Shown: positions 42,356 through 52,859, numbered from the stretch's first letter. The stretch: DNA of 64,000 nt from Candidatus Tenderia sp. (GCA_031416075.1 JANOSY010000089.1:21087-85086); one strand, 5' to 3'. Made by a program: numbers and translations. Notes: generated from the letters alone by a model not told the origin.

Positions 42356-45262
42356 ATGGAGTCGCGCGTGATGCAAAATTATCTCCCCGGTCAGCGTTGG
42401 ATCAGTGACGCGGAACTACAGATGGGTTTGGGCACAGTGCTCTCCTGTGATCAACGCACCGTCACGGTGGTCTACCTTGCCACGGGTGAGACCCGCCTCT
42501 ACGCCACGGCCACTGCGCCGCTGCGGCGCGCCCTGTTTGCGCTGGGCGATAGTGTCCTGAGCCACGAAGGGTGGCAACTGCGTATCGAGTCGGTGCGCGA
42601 AGAGAGCGGTCTGATCACCTACCTCGGCAAACGTGACGATGGCACCTTGGCGGAGCTGGCCGAAGGCCATCTCGACAACTTCATCCAGCTCAACCGCCCC
42701 AGCGAACGGATGCTCAGCGGTCAGATCGATGCCAACAAACGTTTCGAACTGCGCTACCGCACCCTGCAACACGCCAACCGCCTCGGCCACTCCGAGCTGC
42801 GTGGCCTGACTGGCGTACGCACCAGCCTGATCCCACATCAGCTCTACATCGCCCACGAAGTGGCGGGCCGCTATGCGCCACGGGTGCTGCTGGCCGATGA
42901 GGTGGGGCTGGGCAAGACCATCGAGGCGGGCATGATCATTCATCAGCAGCTACTCAGCGAACTGGCGCAGCGGGTGCTGATTGTGGTGCCGGAGAGTCTG
43001 GTACACCAGTGGCTGGTGGAGATGCTGCGGCGCTTCAACCTGCACTTCAGCATCTTCAATGAAGACCGCTGCCACGCCATCGATGAGGCTGACGAGAACC
43101 CTTTCGAGAGTGAACAGCTGGCGCTCTGTAGTCTGGACTTCCTCAGCAGCGACCCCAAACGTTACAAGCAGCTGCTCAGCGCCGGCTGGGATCTGCTGGT
43201 CGTGGATGAGGCGCACCACCTGGAGTGGTCGGAGGAGGAGCCAAGTCTGGAGTACGAACTGATCGAAAGACTCGCAGCCCAGATTAAGGGTGTGCTGCTG
43301 CTCACCGCCACACCGGAACAGCTGGGCAAAGCGGGCCACTTTGCGCGGCTGCGGCTGCTCGACCCCAACCGCTTCCCCGACTTCGAAAGCTTTGTCGAGG
43401 AGGAGCAACACTACGAACCGATCGCCCAAGCCGTGGAAGAGCTGCTTGGCGAGCAGCCCATCAGTGCCGCCGCCAACGCCATTCTCGAGTCCACCTTCAG
43501 CGAAGGCGACAACGCCGAACTGCTGCAACGACTCAACGACCCAAACACCACCGGTCAGCATCAGGGCGACGCCCGCCGCGCCCTGGTGGAACATCTGCTC
43601 GACCGTCACGGCACCGGCCGCGTACTGTTCCGCAATACCCGTTCCGCCATCAAGGGGTTCCCCGGCCGCCAACTGCACACCTATGCGCTGCCGCTGCCAG
43701 AGCAATACGGCGACTGCCTGCGCGCCTTTCAGGGCAGCGCCGTTAGCGAGCCACAGCTGCTGCTCAGTCCGGAACTGCTGTATCAAGCGGCGAGCGACAA
43801 CTCACCACGCTGGAGCGAGATCGACCCACGGGTAAAGTGGCTCGGCGACCTGCTCAAACAGCTGCGTCCTGCCAAGGTACTGGTGATCACCGCCAGCGCC
43901 GACACCGCCATGGATCTGGCCGAGGTGCTACAGACCAAGACCGGCATCCACGCCGCCGTCTTCCATGAAGAGATGAGCATCATCGAGCGCGACCGCGCCG
44001 CCGCCTACTTTGCCGACCAGGAGTTTGGCACCCAGGTGCTGATCTGCTCCGAGATCGGCAGCGAAGGACGCAACTTCCAATTCGCCCACCATCTGGTGCT
44101 GTTTGACCTGCCACTCAACCCCGATCTGCTGGAGCAGCGTATTGGCCGCCTCGACCGCATCGGCCAGACCGAAACCATCCAGCTGCACGTCCCCTATCTG
44201 GAAAACAGCGCCCAGGAGATCATGCAGCAGTGGTACCACCAGGGCTTAAGCGCCTTTGAACACACCTGCCCGGCGGGCCACAGCGTCTTTGTGCAGGTGC
44301 GCGCCACACTGCTCGAAGCGCTGCACCAACTGGAGACCAGCCCCGAGGAGTTGATGGCGCTCATCGCCACCACCCAGCAGCTCTACAACGAAATGAACGA
44401 CCGCCTGCAACGCGGCCGTGACCGGCTGCTCGAATACAACTCCTGCCGCCCGCTTATCGCCAACAACCTCAAGGCACTGGCGCTGGCCGAGGATGAGAAC
44501 AACGACCTGGCCGACTACCTTGAACACCTCTACGACTGCTACGGCGTCGACATGGAAGAGCACGGCGAAAATAGCTTCCTCATCAGCCAGGGCGAAAGGA
44601 TGCAGCACGCCTTTCCCGGCCTGCACGAAGAGGGCATGGTGATCACCTGCGACCGTGCCACCGCGCTTGCCAACGAAGATATGCACTACATCACCTGGGA
44701 ACACCCGATGGTGCGCGGCGCCATGGAGATGGTGCTCACCAACGAACTTGGCAACAGCACCATCACCACCCTCAAGGCGCGTGGCTTCAAGGCCGGCAAC
44801 CTGCTGCTCGAAGGGATCTACGTGCTTGAAAGCAGCGCCAGCAGCGAACTCAATCTCAGCCGCTACCTGCCACCCACCACCATTCGTGTGGTCATCGACC
44901 AGAGTGGCAAGGACCAGAGCCACCTGCTGACCAGCGAACTGATCCGCGAAGGCAGCGCCAAGGTCGACAAAGCCACCGCCGGCAAGATCATCCGCGCCTA
45001 CGCCGAACCACTGCGCAACATGATCGTCAGCGCCGACAAACTCGCCCGCCAGCAGGCACCCGAACTGCTCGGCAGCGCCCACCAACAGACCCGCCAAACG
45101 TTAGAGCGCGAGATCAATCGTCTCGAAGCGCTGCGCAAGGTCAATCCCAACGTGCGTGACGAAGAGATTGAGTTCTTCGCCGAACAGTGGAAGACGCTGG
45201 ATCTGGTGCTGGAGGCGGCGAGTCCTAGGTTGGATGCGGTGCGGATTATTATTACCACTTGA
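42356..45262 (+). CDS. rapA: RNA polymerase-associated SWI2/SNF2 protein RapA
   Basis: GQRWISDAE..LGLG, LADEVGLGKT, DEAHH, EQRIGRLDRIGQ. Confidence 0.96.
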   Translation: MESRVMQNYLPGQRWISDAELQMGLGTVLSCDQRTVTVVYLATGETRLYATATAPLRRALFALGDSVLSHEGWQLRIESVREESGLITYLGKRDDGTLAELAEGHLDNFIQLNRPSERMLSGQIDANKRFELRYRTLQHANRLGHSELRGLTGVRTSLIPHQLYIAHEVAGRYAPRVLLADEVGLGKTIEAGMIIHQQLLSELAQRVLIVVPESLVHQWLVEMLRRFNLHFSIFNEDRCHAIDEADENPFESEQLALCSLDFLSSDPKRYKQLLSAGWDLLVVDEAHHLEWSEEEPSLEYELIERLAAQIKGVLLLTATPEQLGKAGHFARLRLLDPNRFPDFESFVEEEQHYEPIAQAVEELLGEQPISAAANAILESTFSEGDNAELLQRLNDPNTTGQHQGDARRALVEHLLDRHGTGRVLFRNTRSAIKGFPGRQLHTYALPLPEQYGDCLRAFQGSAVSEPQLLLSPELLYQAASDNSPRWSEIDPRVKWLGDLLKQLRPAKVLVITASADTAMDLAEVLQTKTGIHAAVFHEEMSIIERDRAAAYFADQEFGTQVLICSEIGSEGRNFQFAHHLVLFDLPLNPDLLEQRIGRLDRIGQTETIQLHVPYLENSAQEIMQQWYHQGLSAFEHTCPAGHSVFVQVRATLLEALHQLETSPEELMALIATTQQLYNEMNDRLQRGRDRLLEYNSCRPLIANNLKALALAEDENNDLADYLEHLYDCYGVDMEEHGENSFLISQGERMQHAFPGLHEEGMVITCDRATALANEDMHYITWEHPMVRGAMEMVLTNELGNSTITTLKARGFKAGNLLLEGIYVLESSASSELNLSRYLPPTTIRVVIDQSGKDQSHLLTSELIREGSAKVDKATAGKIIRAYAEPLRNMIVSADKLARQQAPELLGSAHQQTRQTLEREINRLEALRKVNPNVRDEEIEFFAEQWKTLDLVLEAASPRLDAVRIIITT

Positions 45263-45317
45263 TGAGTGGATAGGGCATATGGATATTGCCGGATTTTCAT
45301 TTGCCGTCTGCGGTATT

Positions 45318-45338
45318 GGTGCACGGAGTGCACCTTAC
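45318..45338 (-). repeat. REP-like hairpin
   Basis: Minus strand GTAAGGTGCACTCCGTGCACC, related to 60377-60400. Confidence 0.6.
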
Positions 45339-45629
45339 TCGGCCGAACTATCTAACTATACGGGTGTGGTCATGAGTGGTATCGTCACCGGTATGTGCGC
45401 AGTGTGGTGGGCCATGGTATTTAGGCGTCGTGTGCGATTGGAACTTGGATCAAGTTCTACAGAGCCTTTAACGTAGGCCCAAGCAATCTGAGCTTGTTTG
45501 GCCGTCAAGTGTGTGACAGAAGTTCTATTCAATATTTGTGGCATTTAGTTGAAATGTCTATGTTTCAAGCAATACCATTCGGTTAAATTTATTGGCCTTT
45601 GACATAAGGCCTATACCTTAGGGAAAAAA

Positions 45630-47246
45630 ATGGGCACAAAAACACCAGGTAAGAGGGTAGGTCCGCAAGAAAATCATACAGAGTCCAGAAATGAGCAGTT
45701 TGGAAGTTCAATTCTTAGCTCGGAAGACTCCCCTCTTACACCCCGAGAACAACCCGAACTAGTATTTGGGTTGGTCGGACCGGTTGGTGTTAACCTTGAT
45801 CCAGTGATCTCGGTGCTAACGAGGGAGCTTAAGGTACTAACTTATAAAGCAAAAACTATCCGCTTAAGCAAGCAGATCGAGTTGTTTTTTGGTTCCGACC
45901 ATAGCAAAGAGTCTGAAGATAATCGGATTACAAAGTTGATGGACGAGGGAACGAAACTTCGAGTGGACAGTGGAAGGGGCGATGCGGTTGCGCTTCTGGG
46001 AATCATGGAAATTAAAAGGATTCGGGATGAAGAGTTTCATGGCCAATCCGCGGGCAATGCATATATTTTGCGTTCATTAAAACATCCCCATGAAGTTGAG
46101 ACTTTGCGCAACGTTTACGGCAAGGGCTTTTTCCTTATCTCTGTATACTCACCTAGGGATGTGCGGGTGACTGCTTTGGCCGATCGTATAAATAGGTCAC
46201 AGTTTGGAAAAGGCAGCAACGCGCGGTCGATAGCTGAGCACATGGTTGAGCGTGATGAGATGGAGGAAAGCACATCTCTTGGCCAAGACGTTAAGGACGC
46301 TTTTCCATTAGCTGACCTTTTTGTAGATGGTAGAAATAAGTCTTCTTTAGAAGCGCAGATAAGTCGATTCCTTCATTTGTTGTTTGGCAACGTTTTTGAT
46401 ACACCGACACGTGATGAACACGGTATGTATCATGCCCGCTCAGCTGCGTTGCGCTCTGCGGATCTTGGGGCTGCAATTCTTAGGACAGAAGGCGATATTC
46501 TTGCAGTTGGTTGTAATGAGGTACCAAAGTCCGGTGGTGACTTGTATTGGCCTGGGGATAAAGGCGATGCTCGAGACTTCCAAAAGGGGATCGATGCAAT
46601 GGCTGAGGAACGAATCCAAGTTCTTGGTGAACTTCTGGAAAGATTTGATAGGCACGGGTTGCTCTCGAAGAGCGCTGGCAAAAATGAATTAGATACATTA
46701 GTACGAGAACTCGTATCAGGTGATAAGAAAACAGTGCTTAAGGGCACAAGAGTAATGAATTTGTTGGAGTTTGGCCGAAGCGTTCACGCGGAGATGGCTG
46801 CATTAATGTCCGCAGCAAGACTTGGAATTTCCGTTCACGGCGCGACTTTGTTTTGTACTACTTTTCCTTGCCACATGTGCGCTAGGCATATCGTTGCCAG
46901 CGGGGTAAAGCGAGTGGTATATGTTGAGCCTTACCCGAAAAGTAAAGCTAGGCACTTACATCAAGACTCAATCAGCGTTGATCCCTCGGTACCGTCTTCA
47001 GATCACGTGAACTTTGTGCCATTTGAGGGCATCGCTCCGAGACAGTATCAGGACATCTTTGATGCTCGTGACTCCCGAAAGGATAGCGAAGGAAGAGCTA
47101 TCGATTGGCGAGCACATGCAAAGCCTCGATTCCTGCGCTTTATGAATACCTACATAGATATTGAAGTTGCAATAGTGGCTAAAGAAATACCTCTTCTTGC
47201 CGAAAAAATTGGTGTTAACTTACATCTAGAACCAGATGAAACATAG
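45630..47246 (+). CDS. Anti-phage dCTP deaminase (P-loop kinase + deaminase, AvcD-like)
   Basis: N-terminal ELVFGLVGPVG; C-terminal HAEMAAL, TTFPCHMCARHIV, YVEPYPKS. Confidence 0.85.
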   Translation: MGTKTPGKRVGPQENHTESRNEQFGSSILSSEDSPLTPREQPELVFGLVGPVGVNLDPVISVLTRELKVLTYKAKTIRLSKQIELFFGSDHSKESEDNRITKLMDEGTKLRVDSGRGDAVALLGIMEIKRIRDEEFHGQSAGNAYILRSLKHPHEVETLRNVYGKGFFLISVYSPRDVRVTALADRINRSQFGKGSNARSIAEHMVERDEMEESTSLGQDVKDAFPLADLFVDGRNKSSLEAQISRFLHLLFGNVFDTPTRDEHGMYHARSAALRSADLGAAILRTEGDILAVGCNEVPKSGGDLYWPGDKGDARDFQKGIDAMAEERIQVLGELLERFDRHGLLSKSAGKNELDTLVRELVSGDKKTVLKGTRVMNLLEFGRSVHAEMAALMSAARLGISVHGATLFCTTFPCHMCARHIVASGVKRVVYVEPYPKSKARHLHQDSISVDPSVPSSDHVNFVPFEGIAPRQYQDIFDARDSRKDSEGRAIDWRAHAKPRFLRFMNTYIDIEVAIVAKEIPLLAEKIGVNLHLEPDET

Positions 47247-47255
47247 GAGGTTCTT

Positions 47256-47453
47256 GTGAAAAAACCTAGTAGTTTTGCGCATCAAATCCAGCAAGCGCGA
47301 AGAACCATCGAAAGCTGGCCAGATTCACGCTTATCCACATTGCGCTTAGAAGGCTTTGACGTTTTTCTTACCCGACGTTCCTCTGACCAATCAAGTCGTC
47401 AACAGTGCGAAGTCAGTGATTTAAAGGAAAAGAGTGTGCCTGACCATTGTTGA
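47256..47453 (+). CDS. Small hypothetical protein (65 aa)
   Basis: AGGAGG RBS overlapping the upstream stop, GTG start. Confidence 0.5.
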   Translation: MKKPSSFAHQIQQARRTIESWPDSRLSTLRLEGFDVFLTRRSSDQSSRQQCEVSDLKEKSVPDHC

Positions 47454-47499
47454 TATACCTTTCAACGAGTTGTATGAATGAAGCGCTAGTGAATCCAGG

Positions 47500-47697
47500 T
47501 TGCTCGGCAGTGCCCACCAGCAGACCCGACAAACCTTAGAGCGCGAAATCAACCGCCTCGAGGCACTACGTAAAGTGAATCCCAACGTGCGTGATGAAGA
47601 GATCCAGTTCTTTGCCGAACAGTGGAAGACGCTGGATCTGGTGTTGGAGGCGGCAAGCCCAAGGCTGGATGCGGTGCGGATTATTATCACCACTTGA
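47500..47697 (+). pseudogene. rapA: Second copy of the rapA 3' end (last 66 codons)
   Basis: Aligns without gaps to 45065-45262; 24 differences counted by hand, 23 synonymous. Confidence 0.95.
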
Positions 47698-47852
47698 TCG
47701 TTGCTGTTTTGCCATCTGTTTTAGGTTGGGGGGATGTTATCCCCTATTATTAGATGGCCAAATTAACCATGTCACTATGCCTGTCACTATGGTTTGACTC
47801 TGCCATTTCAGGCGAGTAGCGTACCTGCTGCGGCAATGTTGTCGCCTCTTGC

Positions 47853-48346
47853 ATGGGTAAAACTATTATGTCTGTAAAAAACGGAGTTATGGGTCTGTGC
47901 GCTGGAGCAATACTGGTATTGAGTTCGACAACATATGCCGCACAGATCTGTCTGCCGATAACGGGGAAGATCAGTACCATTTCCATTAATCCCGTGAATC
48001 AGCACGGTGTGACGAAGGTGCGTCTGGGAGGGAGGCCTTTCAGTCTCTCCACGGTGGGTACCATCACCTCTTCTGACGGTGCGGGAAACACCTATCTTGA
48101 CCATCACATGATATTGAATCTCGATAATAGAATCTTTACCAAGAATGATCACGGCGTGGTCATGGGGCCTGGTGACGGTTGCTCACTGCCGGTAGTGGAG
48201 ACCATCAATGTTGTGGGGGGACTGGCATCTTCAAGGGTGTGACTGGCTCGGGGCAGGCGACGGGCAGCATCAACTTATGTACCGCGCGCAATGAATTTAC
48301 CTTGAGTGGCTCGTTGTGTTTTACGCGTGCGCCGAACCTGCCTTAA
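47853..48346 (+). pseudogene. Exported dirigent/AOC-like beta-barrel protein, frameshifted at a G6 tract
   Basis: Signal peptide; one extra G at 48215-48220 restores VVGGTGIFKGVTGSG...LCFTRAPNLP*. Confidence 0.6.
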
Positions 48347-48415
48347 GAACATATCCTCTCCAAAAAGCCTTTATCCCATCTCTCCCCAAAGGGGTGGGAT
48401 GGGATCTGAATAGAA

Positions 48416-51400
48416 TTATGGTGCCTCATACGTAATGGCAGACTTGATTTGCTGCATAATTTTTTTATTGTCCGTCTGTGATTTGATGAGCACGCTCCGC
48501 ACCTGTGATGTGATGGCGGGAGGAGTATCCTGTGCTGAGAAAATGATGACCGGAGTTTGATGTCCCAGGGTGTTAACCAGAGGTAAAAGATCAAGCCCGG
48601 AGCCATCGGGTAATCCAATGTCGAGCAGTACAAGATCAAAGTTCTCCTGGCCCATCCGTTCTTTTGCCTGTTGCAGTGTTGCAGCATGGACGATCTGATA
48701 CTCATCATTTAATAAAGTGTCAATGATGATCGCAATGTCGACGTCATCTTCGACGTGTAAAATGCGTCTGTTCTCTGTTTTTGTCCGGAATATATTTGAG
48801 CGGATCGATTCCAATAACCTTTTTTCATCGATCGGTTTTTCGATCCAGTCCACCATGCTAAACGCAGTCTCTTCGACTTCTAATTGACCTTCCTTGGCTT
48901 TAGCGGAGATGACAATAATGGGCAGATTATGGGTCGCCTCATTTTCACGTAGCTCCTGTAGCAGTGTGAGGCCACTGCCGCCAGGAATCATCAGATCTAA
49001 TGTGATGGCATCATAGTGGTGGTTTTTTATCTGCGCGACGGCCTCTGGGTAGCTGAAGGCTTGATGGTAACGGTAACCCTCTTTTTCAACCATGATGCTG
49101 AGCAGTTTTGAGACATCCTGATCATCCTCAACAATGAGGAGAAGTGGTGCATTGGAAGTGGAGGTCTGTTTATGTTCGCCGCTGTTGGGGATGGCTGGTT
49201 TAAATTTATTGTCCCATAGTGGCAGTTCAATATGGAAAGTGGTGCCTTGCCCTGCGGCGCTCTCAAAACTGATGTTTCCCCTCATGTTTTCGATAATCGC
49301 TTTGGTGATATTCAGGCCGAGTCCTGTGCCTCCTTTCTGGCGGGTGTCCGAGCTGTCGGCTTGGGCGAATTTATTAAAAATTCTTGATTTGAACTCTTCG
49401 GGAATACCCTTTCCATCATCATGTACGCTAATACAAACACGGTTGTCTTGTGTCTGAATGGATATTTTTACCTGCCCATTTTTTGGTGAATATTTGGCAG
49501 CATTGGAGAACAGGTTTGACATTACCTGAGCCATCCGTTTTTCATCGATGCGGACAATGATTATCTCGTCAGGATTAGTGATTAAGTTGAAAGTGACGCC
49601 AAATTGATCGCCATACCCTTTGTTTGAATCGATAGCCTGTGTGACTACAGAAACCAAATTGACAACTTTGTTTTTGAACTGCATTTTACCGGCGCTGATT
49701 TTGTCTAAATCGAGAATGTCGTTGATCAGATGAATTAATCGTTCGCTGTTATTGTTGGCGATGGTCAGCAGAGCGCGGGTTTTGTCTGATAGTTCTCCGG
49801 TGACGCCGCCCAGTATGAGTCCCAACGAACCACGGATGGAGGTGAGCGGTGTGCGTAGTTCATGGCTGACAGTGGAGATAAACTCCTTTTGCATCTGTTC
49901 ATTACGTTTGCGTTCGGTAATGTCGCGGATGATGCCAACAAAGTTGCGGTTGTTATCGATTACCACCTCACTCACCGCCAGCTCCATCGGGAAGGTGGTG
50001 CCGTCTTTGCGTCGGCCGGTCACCTCGCGGCCGATGCCGATCACCCTTTTTTCACCGGTAGTAATGTGGTGCTCCAGATAACCATCATGTTCGCTATGAT
50101 AAGGCTCGGGCATCAGCATCTTTACGTTCTGGCCGATCACCTCGGCATCGCTGTAACCAAAGATCTGCCTGGCCGCCGGATTGAATGACTCAATTGTGCC
50201 GCGCTCACCGATGGTGATAATGCCATCCACGACATTATCAATGACGGCGGAGAGCCGCTTTGTCTGCGCAGTGACCTGGTTCTCCAGTAGCGTGGTCGCC
50301 TGCTGCTGATTGTTGGCAAAGGCGTTGATCGCCAGATAAAGGGTATGAAATTCATCACGCGCCGATGTTGCGTCCACGCGCACCGTCAAATCACCCGCCT
50401 GCAAGCGGCTTGCCGCAGCGGCCAGCTCCACCACTGGCGTGACGACTTTTTTTGTTATGAACCAGACAATAAACAGTAGTGAGATCAGCCCTAACAGCAG
50501 ACTGATCAGTAGCATCTTATTGAGTGCCGCGGCGGTCTCCGCAAACACCACTCTTTCCGGGGCATTCAGGGTCAGCAACCAGTAGCGGCTGTGGTCCTGT
50601 GGTGAAAAGTAGATTTTCTGAAAGCCATCCAGCTCATTATGGTTATCATCATGTCGCATAAAGTGATCCTGTCGGCTGGCGATTTCAGCCAGCTCCGACT
50701 CAACCGTTTGAAACCGGTAGTCAATGCCACGCTCCAACCCAAACGTTTTGGCAGCATCGGTATATTTGATGTAGTAACCCTGACCATCAACAATATTGCG
50801 TTGCACGCCGTTGGCTTCGGAACGGACGCCACTAAAGAGTCGTTCGGTAGCAAGTTTGATCATAATCAAGGCGGCCACCTGCCCATCGGCGCTGCGCACC
50901 GGGGTGGCCAGCCTAAATACCGGCAGATGTGGCACCTGAATGATGCCATGCTCCCGGTTCAGGGTGACATCGGAAGAGTAGACCTCGCCCTCTTTTAGCG
51001 GGAGTGTCTGGCTCACATAGTCTGAGCCAGACTTGTTTTGCAATTCAGTATCGGCAACCACCTTCACATCACCATTAGCGTCGGCTTGAACCCTGATCAG
51101 CTCATCTCCGGCGGCATCGATATAGCTGACCTGTTGATATTCAGGATAATGTTCCAGGATGGCTTTGAAAGTTGTGATCAGACGGCTCTTCCACTGCTGT
51201 AGCGTATCCTCGCTTTCCGGGTCAATACCGTTATTGGCGCGGGCGCGGACGATGGCCTGGATGGGCGACACATCATGCAGCGTCAACAGATTTTGATGGT
51301 GATTCCGCAGCACGCCTTCGATCTCATATTTGAGCAGTGAGAACTTGCTCTGTTCGAACTCGATGACTTTCTGTTCGGCGACACTTTTTGACTGCCAATA

Positions 51401-51496
51401 ACTGGCAAAACTGGTGACAATAAGCACAAGGCATATCAGCCCGCTCAATACCAGCGTGGTTTTACCCCGGAGTCCCAGCTTATAACGGTTACTCAT
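48416..51496 (-). CDS. Hybrid sensor kinase (Cache-HAMP-PAS-HisKA-HATPase-2xREC)
   Basis: PEPYHSEHDGYL heme-PAS-like motif, VSHELRTPL, two receiver domains. Confidence 0.92.
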   Translation of the reverse strand: MSNRYKLGLRGKTTLVLSGLICLVLIVTSFASYWQSKSVAEQKVIEFEQSKFSLLKYEIEGVLRNHHQNLLTLHDVSPIQAIVRARANNGIDPESEDTLQQWKSRLITTFKAILEHYPEYQQVSYIDAAGDELIRVQADANGDVKVVADTELQNKSGSDYVSQTLPLKEGEVYSSDVTLNREHGIIQVPHLPVFRLATPVRSADGQVAALIMIKLATERLFSGVRSEANGVQRNIVDGQGYYIKYTDAAKTFGLERGIDYRFQTVESELAEIASRQDHFMRHDDNHNELDGFQKIYFSPQDHSRYWLLTLNAPERVVFAETAAALNKMLLISLLLGLISLLFIVWFITKKVVTPVVELAAAASRLQAGDLTVRVDATSARDEFHTLYLAINAFANNQQQATTLLENQVTAQTKRLSAVIDNVVDGIITIGERGTIESFNPAARQIFGYSDAEVIGQNVKMLMPEPYHSEHDGYLEHHITTGEKRVIGIGREVTGRRKDGTTFPMELAVSEVVIDNNRNFVGIIRDITERKRNEQMQKEFISTVSHELRTPLTSIRGSLGLILGGVTGELSDKTRALLTIANNNSERLIHLINDILDLDKISAGKMQFKNKVVNLVSVVTQAIDSNKGYGDQFGVTFNLITNPDEIIIVRIDEKRMAQVMSNLFSNAAKYSPKNGQVKISIQTQDNRVCISVHDDGKGIPEEFKSRIFNKFAQADSSDTRQKGGTGLGLNITKAIIENMRGNISFESAAGQGTTFHIELPLWDNKFKPAIPNSGEHKQTSTSNAPLLLIVEDDQDVSKLLSIMVEKEGYRYHQAFSYPEAVAQIKNHHYDAITLDLMIPGGSGLTLLQELRENEATHNLPIIVISAKAKEGQLEVEETAFSMVDWIEKPIDEKRLLESIRSNIFRTKTENRRILHVEDDVDIAIIIDTLLNDEYQIVHAATLQQAKERMGQENFDLVLLDIGLPDGSGLDLLPLVNTLGHQTPVIIFSAQDTPPAITSQVRSVLIKSQTDNKKIMQQIKSAITYEAP

Positions 51497-51794
51497 GTAC
51501 TAGCCCCTTGAGGAGTTACAGACGCCGAGCAGTGATTAGTTGCAGGTGCGGCGCCAGAAAAGAGACCGCTCTACCCATACTAAATCGTATGTTCGACTAT
51601 CGGCCTTTGCACCTCAATTTTGAAGTGGCCGCATTCAATCTAACGGCGTGCGCCTGCCAGCTCTATTTGCAGATCACCTCTGTTTGTGTTGTTTTGCCGA
51701 GATTGTGGTGGTCTGAGCCAAATCAACAGTGGCGGCCTTTGCACCGGTGCCCGCAAACATGCTACAAGGTATTTTTCCACAGGAGAGTCACACT

Positions 51795-52163
51795 ATGCGT
51801 CGTAATATCCTTGCCGTTTCTACTACTATTTTGTTGGCGTTTGCCTCCACATCACTGTGGGCTGCGGATGCGTTGACCATTGAGCAGGTTTACGCTCAAA
51901 AAGCCAAGCTGGCCGGTAAGCAGGTTCAGGTGAAGGGCAAAGTGGTGAAGGTGAATGAGGGGATTATGGGGAAGAACTTCCTGCATATCACTGATGGTAC
52001 GGGCAAAGAGGGCAGCAATGACCTGACGATCACAACACAGGATAGTGCGGCGCTGGGCGATATGGTCAGCCTGACGGGTGAAGTGGCGGTTGATCGTGAC
52101 TTTGGTGCGGGTTATATCTATCCACTGTTGATTGAGAAGGCGAAAGTCAGTAAGGCCAAGTAA
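51795..52163 (+). CDS. Exported OB-fold protein
   Basis: AGGAG RBS, signal peptide, GKVVKVNEGIMGKNFLHITDG, DRDFGAGY. Confidence 0.7.
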   Translation: MRRNILAVSTTILLAFASTSLWAADALTIEQVYAQKAKLAGKQVQVKGKVVKVNEGIMGKNFLHITDGTGKEGSNDLTITTQDSAALGDMVSLTGEVAVDRDFGAGYIYPLLIEKAKVSKAK

Positions 52164-52226
52164 GCTCACCATATACCCCTCTTTCATGGAGGGGTAGTCA
52201 CTCTCCAGCTATAGATCAATGAACCT

Positions 52227-52859
52227 TCAGACCAGATAGGGATTGTTCCTGCGCTCTTCACCAAAGGTTGAGCTGGGGCCGTGGCCGGGAATGAAGCGAA
52301 TCTCATCCCCCAGTGGCAGTAGTTTATCCTTGATGCTGCTAATCAAGTCCGCATGGTTGCCCATGGGGAAGTCGCTGCGACCAACAGAGTTCTGAAACAG
52401 CACATCGCCGACAAAGGCGGTCTGACTGGCGGCATTGTAAAAGACGATATGGCCGGGGGTATGGCCGGGGCAGTGCAGTACATCAAACAGCTCATCACCG
52501 ACGGTGATCTGTTCGCCCTCTATCAACCACTGGTTTGGCATATAGGGCTCGATGTGGGCAAAACCAAACATTTTGGCCTGATCGGCGAGCCGTTCGAACC
52601 AGAACTGATCTGCCTGATGGGGGCCAATGATCGGGATGTTGAGCTGATCGGCGATGGTGTGTGCACCCCCCACATGGTCGAGATGGCCATGGGTGAGCAG
52701 TAGTTTTTCCAGTGTGACCCCCTCCTCCTTCACCGCCAGTAGCAGCTGTTCGATGTCGCCGCCAGCATCAATCAGCGCCGCGCTGTGGCTCTTGCTGCAC
52801 CAGACCAGGGAGCAGTTCTGCTGGTAGCGGGTGACGGGAATAACACGATATTTCAACAT
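52227..52859 (-). CDS. MBL-fold metallo-hydrolase (YcbL/GloC-like)
   Basis: THGHLDHVG, PGHTPGH, GDVLF, PGHG. Confidence 0.9.
   Translation of the reverse strand: MLKYRVIPVTRYQQNCSLVWCSKSHSAALIDAGGDIEQLLLAVKEEGVTLEKLLLTHGHLDHVGGAHTIADQLNIPIIGPHQADQFWFERLADQAKMFGFAHIEPYMPNQWLIEGEQITVGDELFDVLHCPGHTPGHIVFYNAASQTAFVGDVLFQNSVGRSDFPMGNHADLISSIKDKLLPLGDEIRFIPGHGPSSTFGEERRNNPYLV

Noticed and set aside
47331-47339. Perfect DnaA box TTATCCACA
   Set aside because: Single copy inside a small ORF; expected by chance
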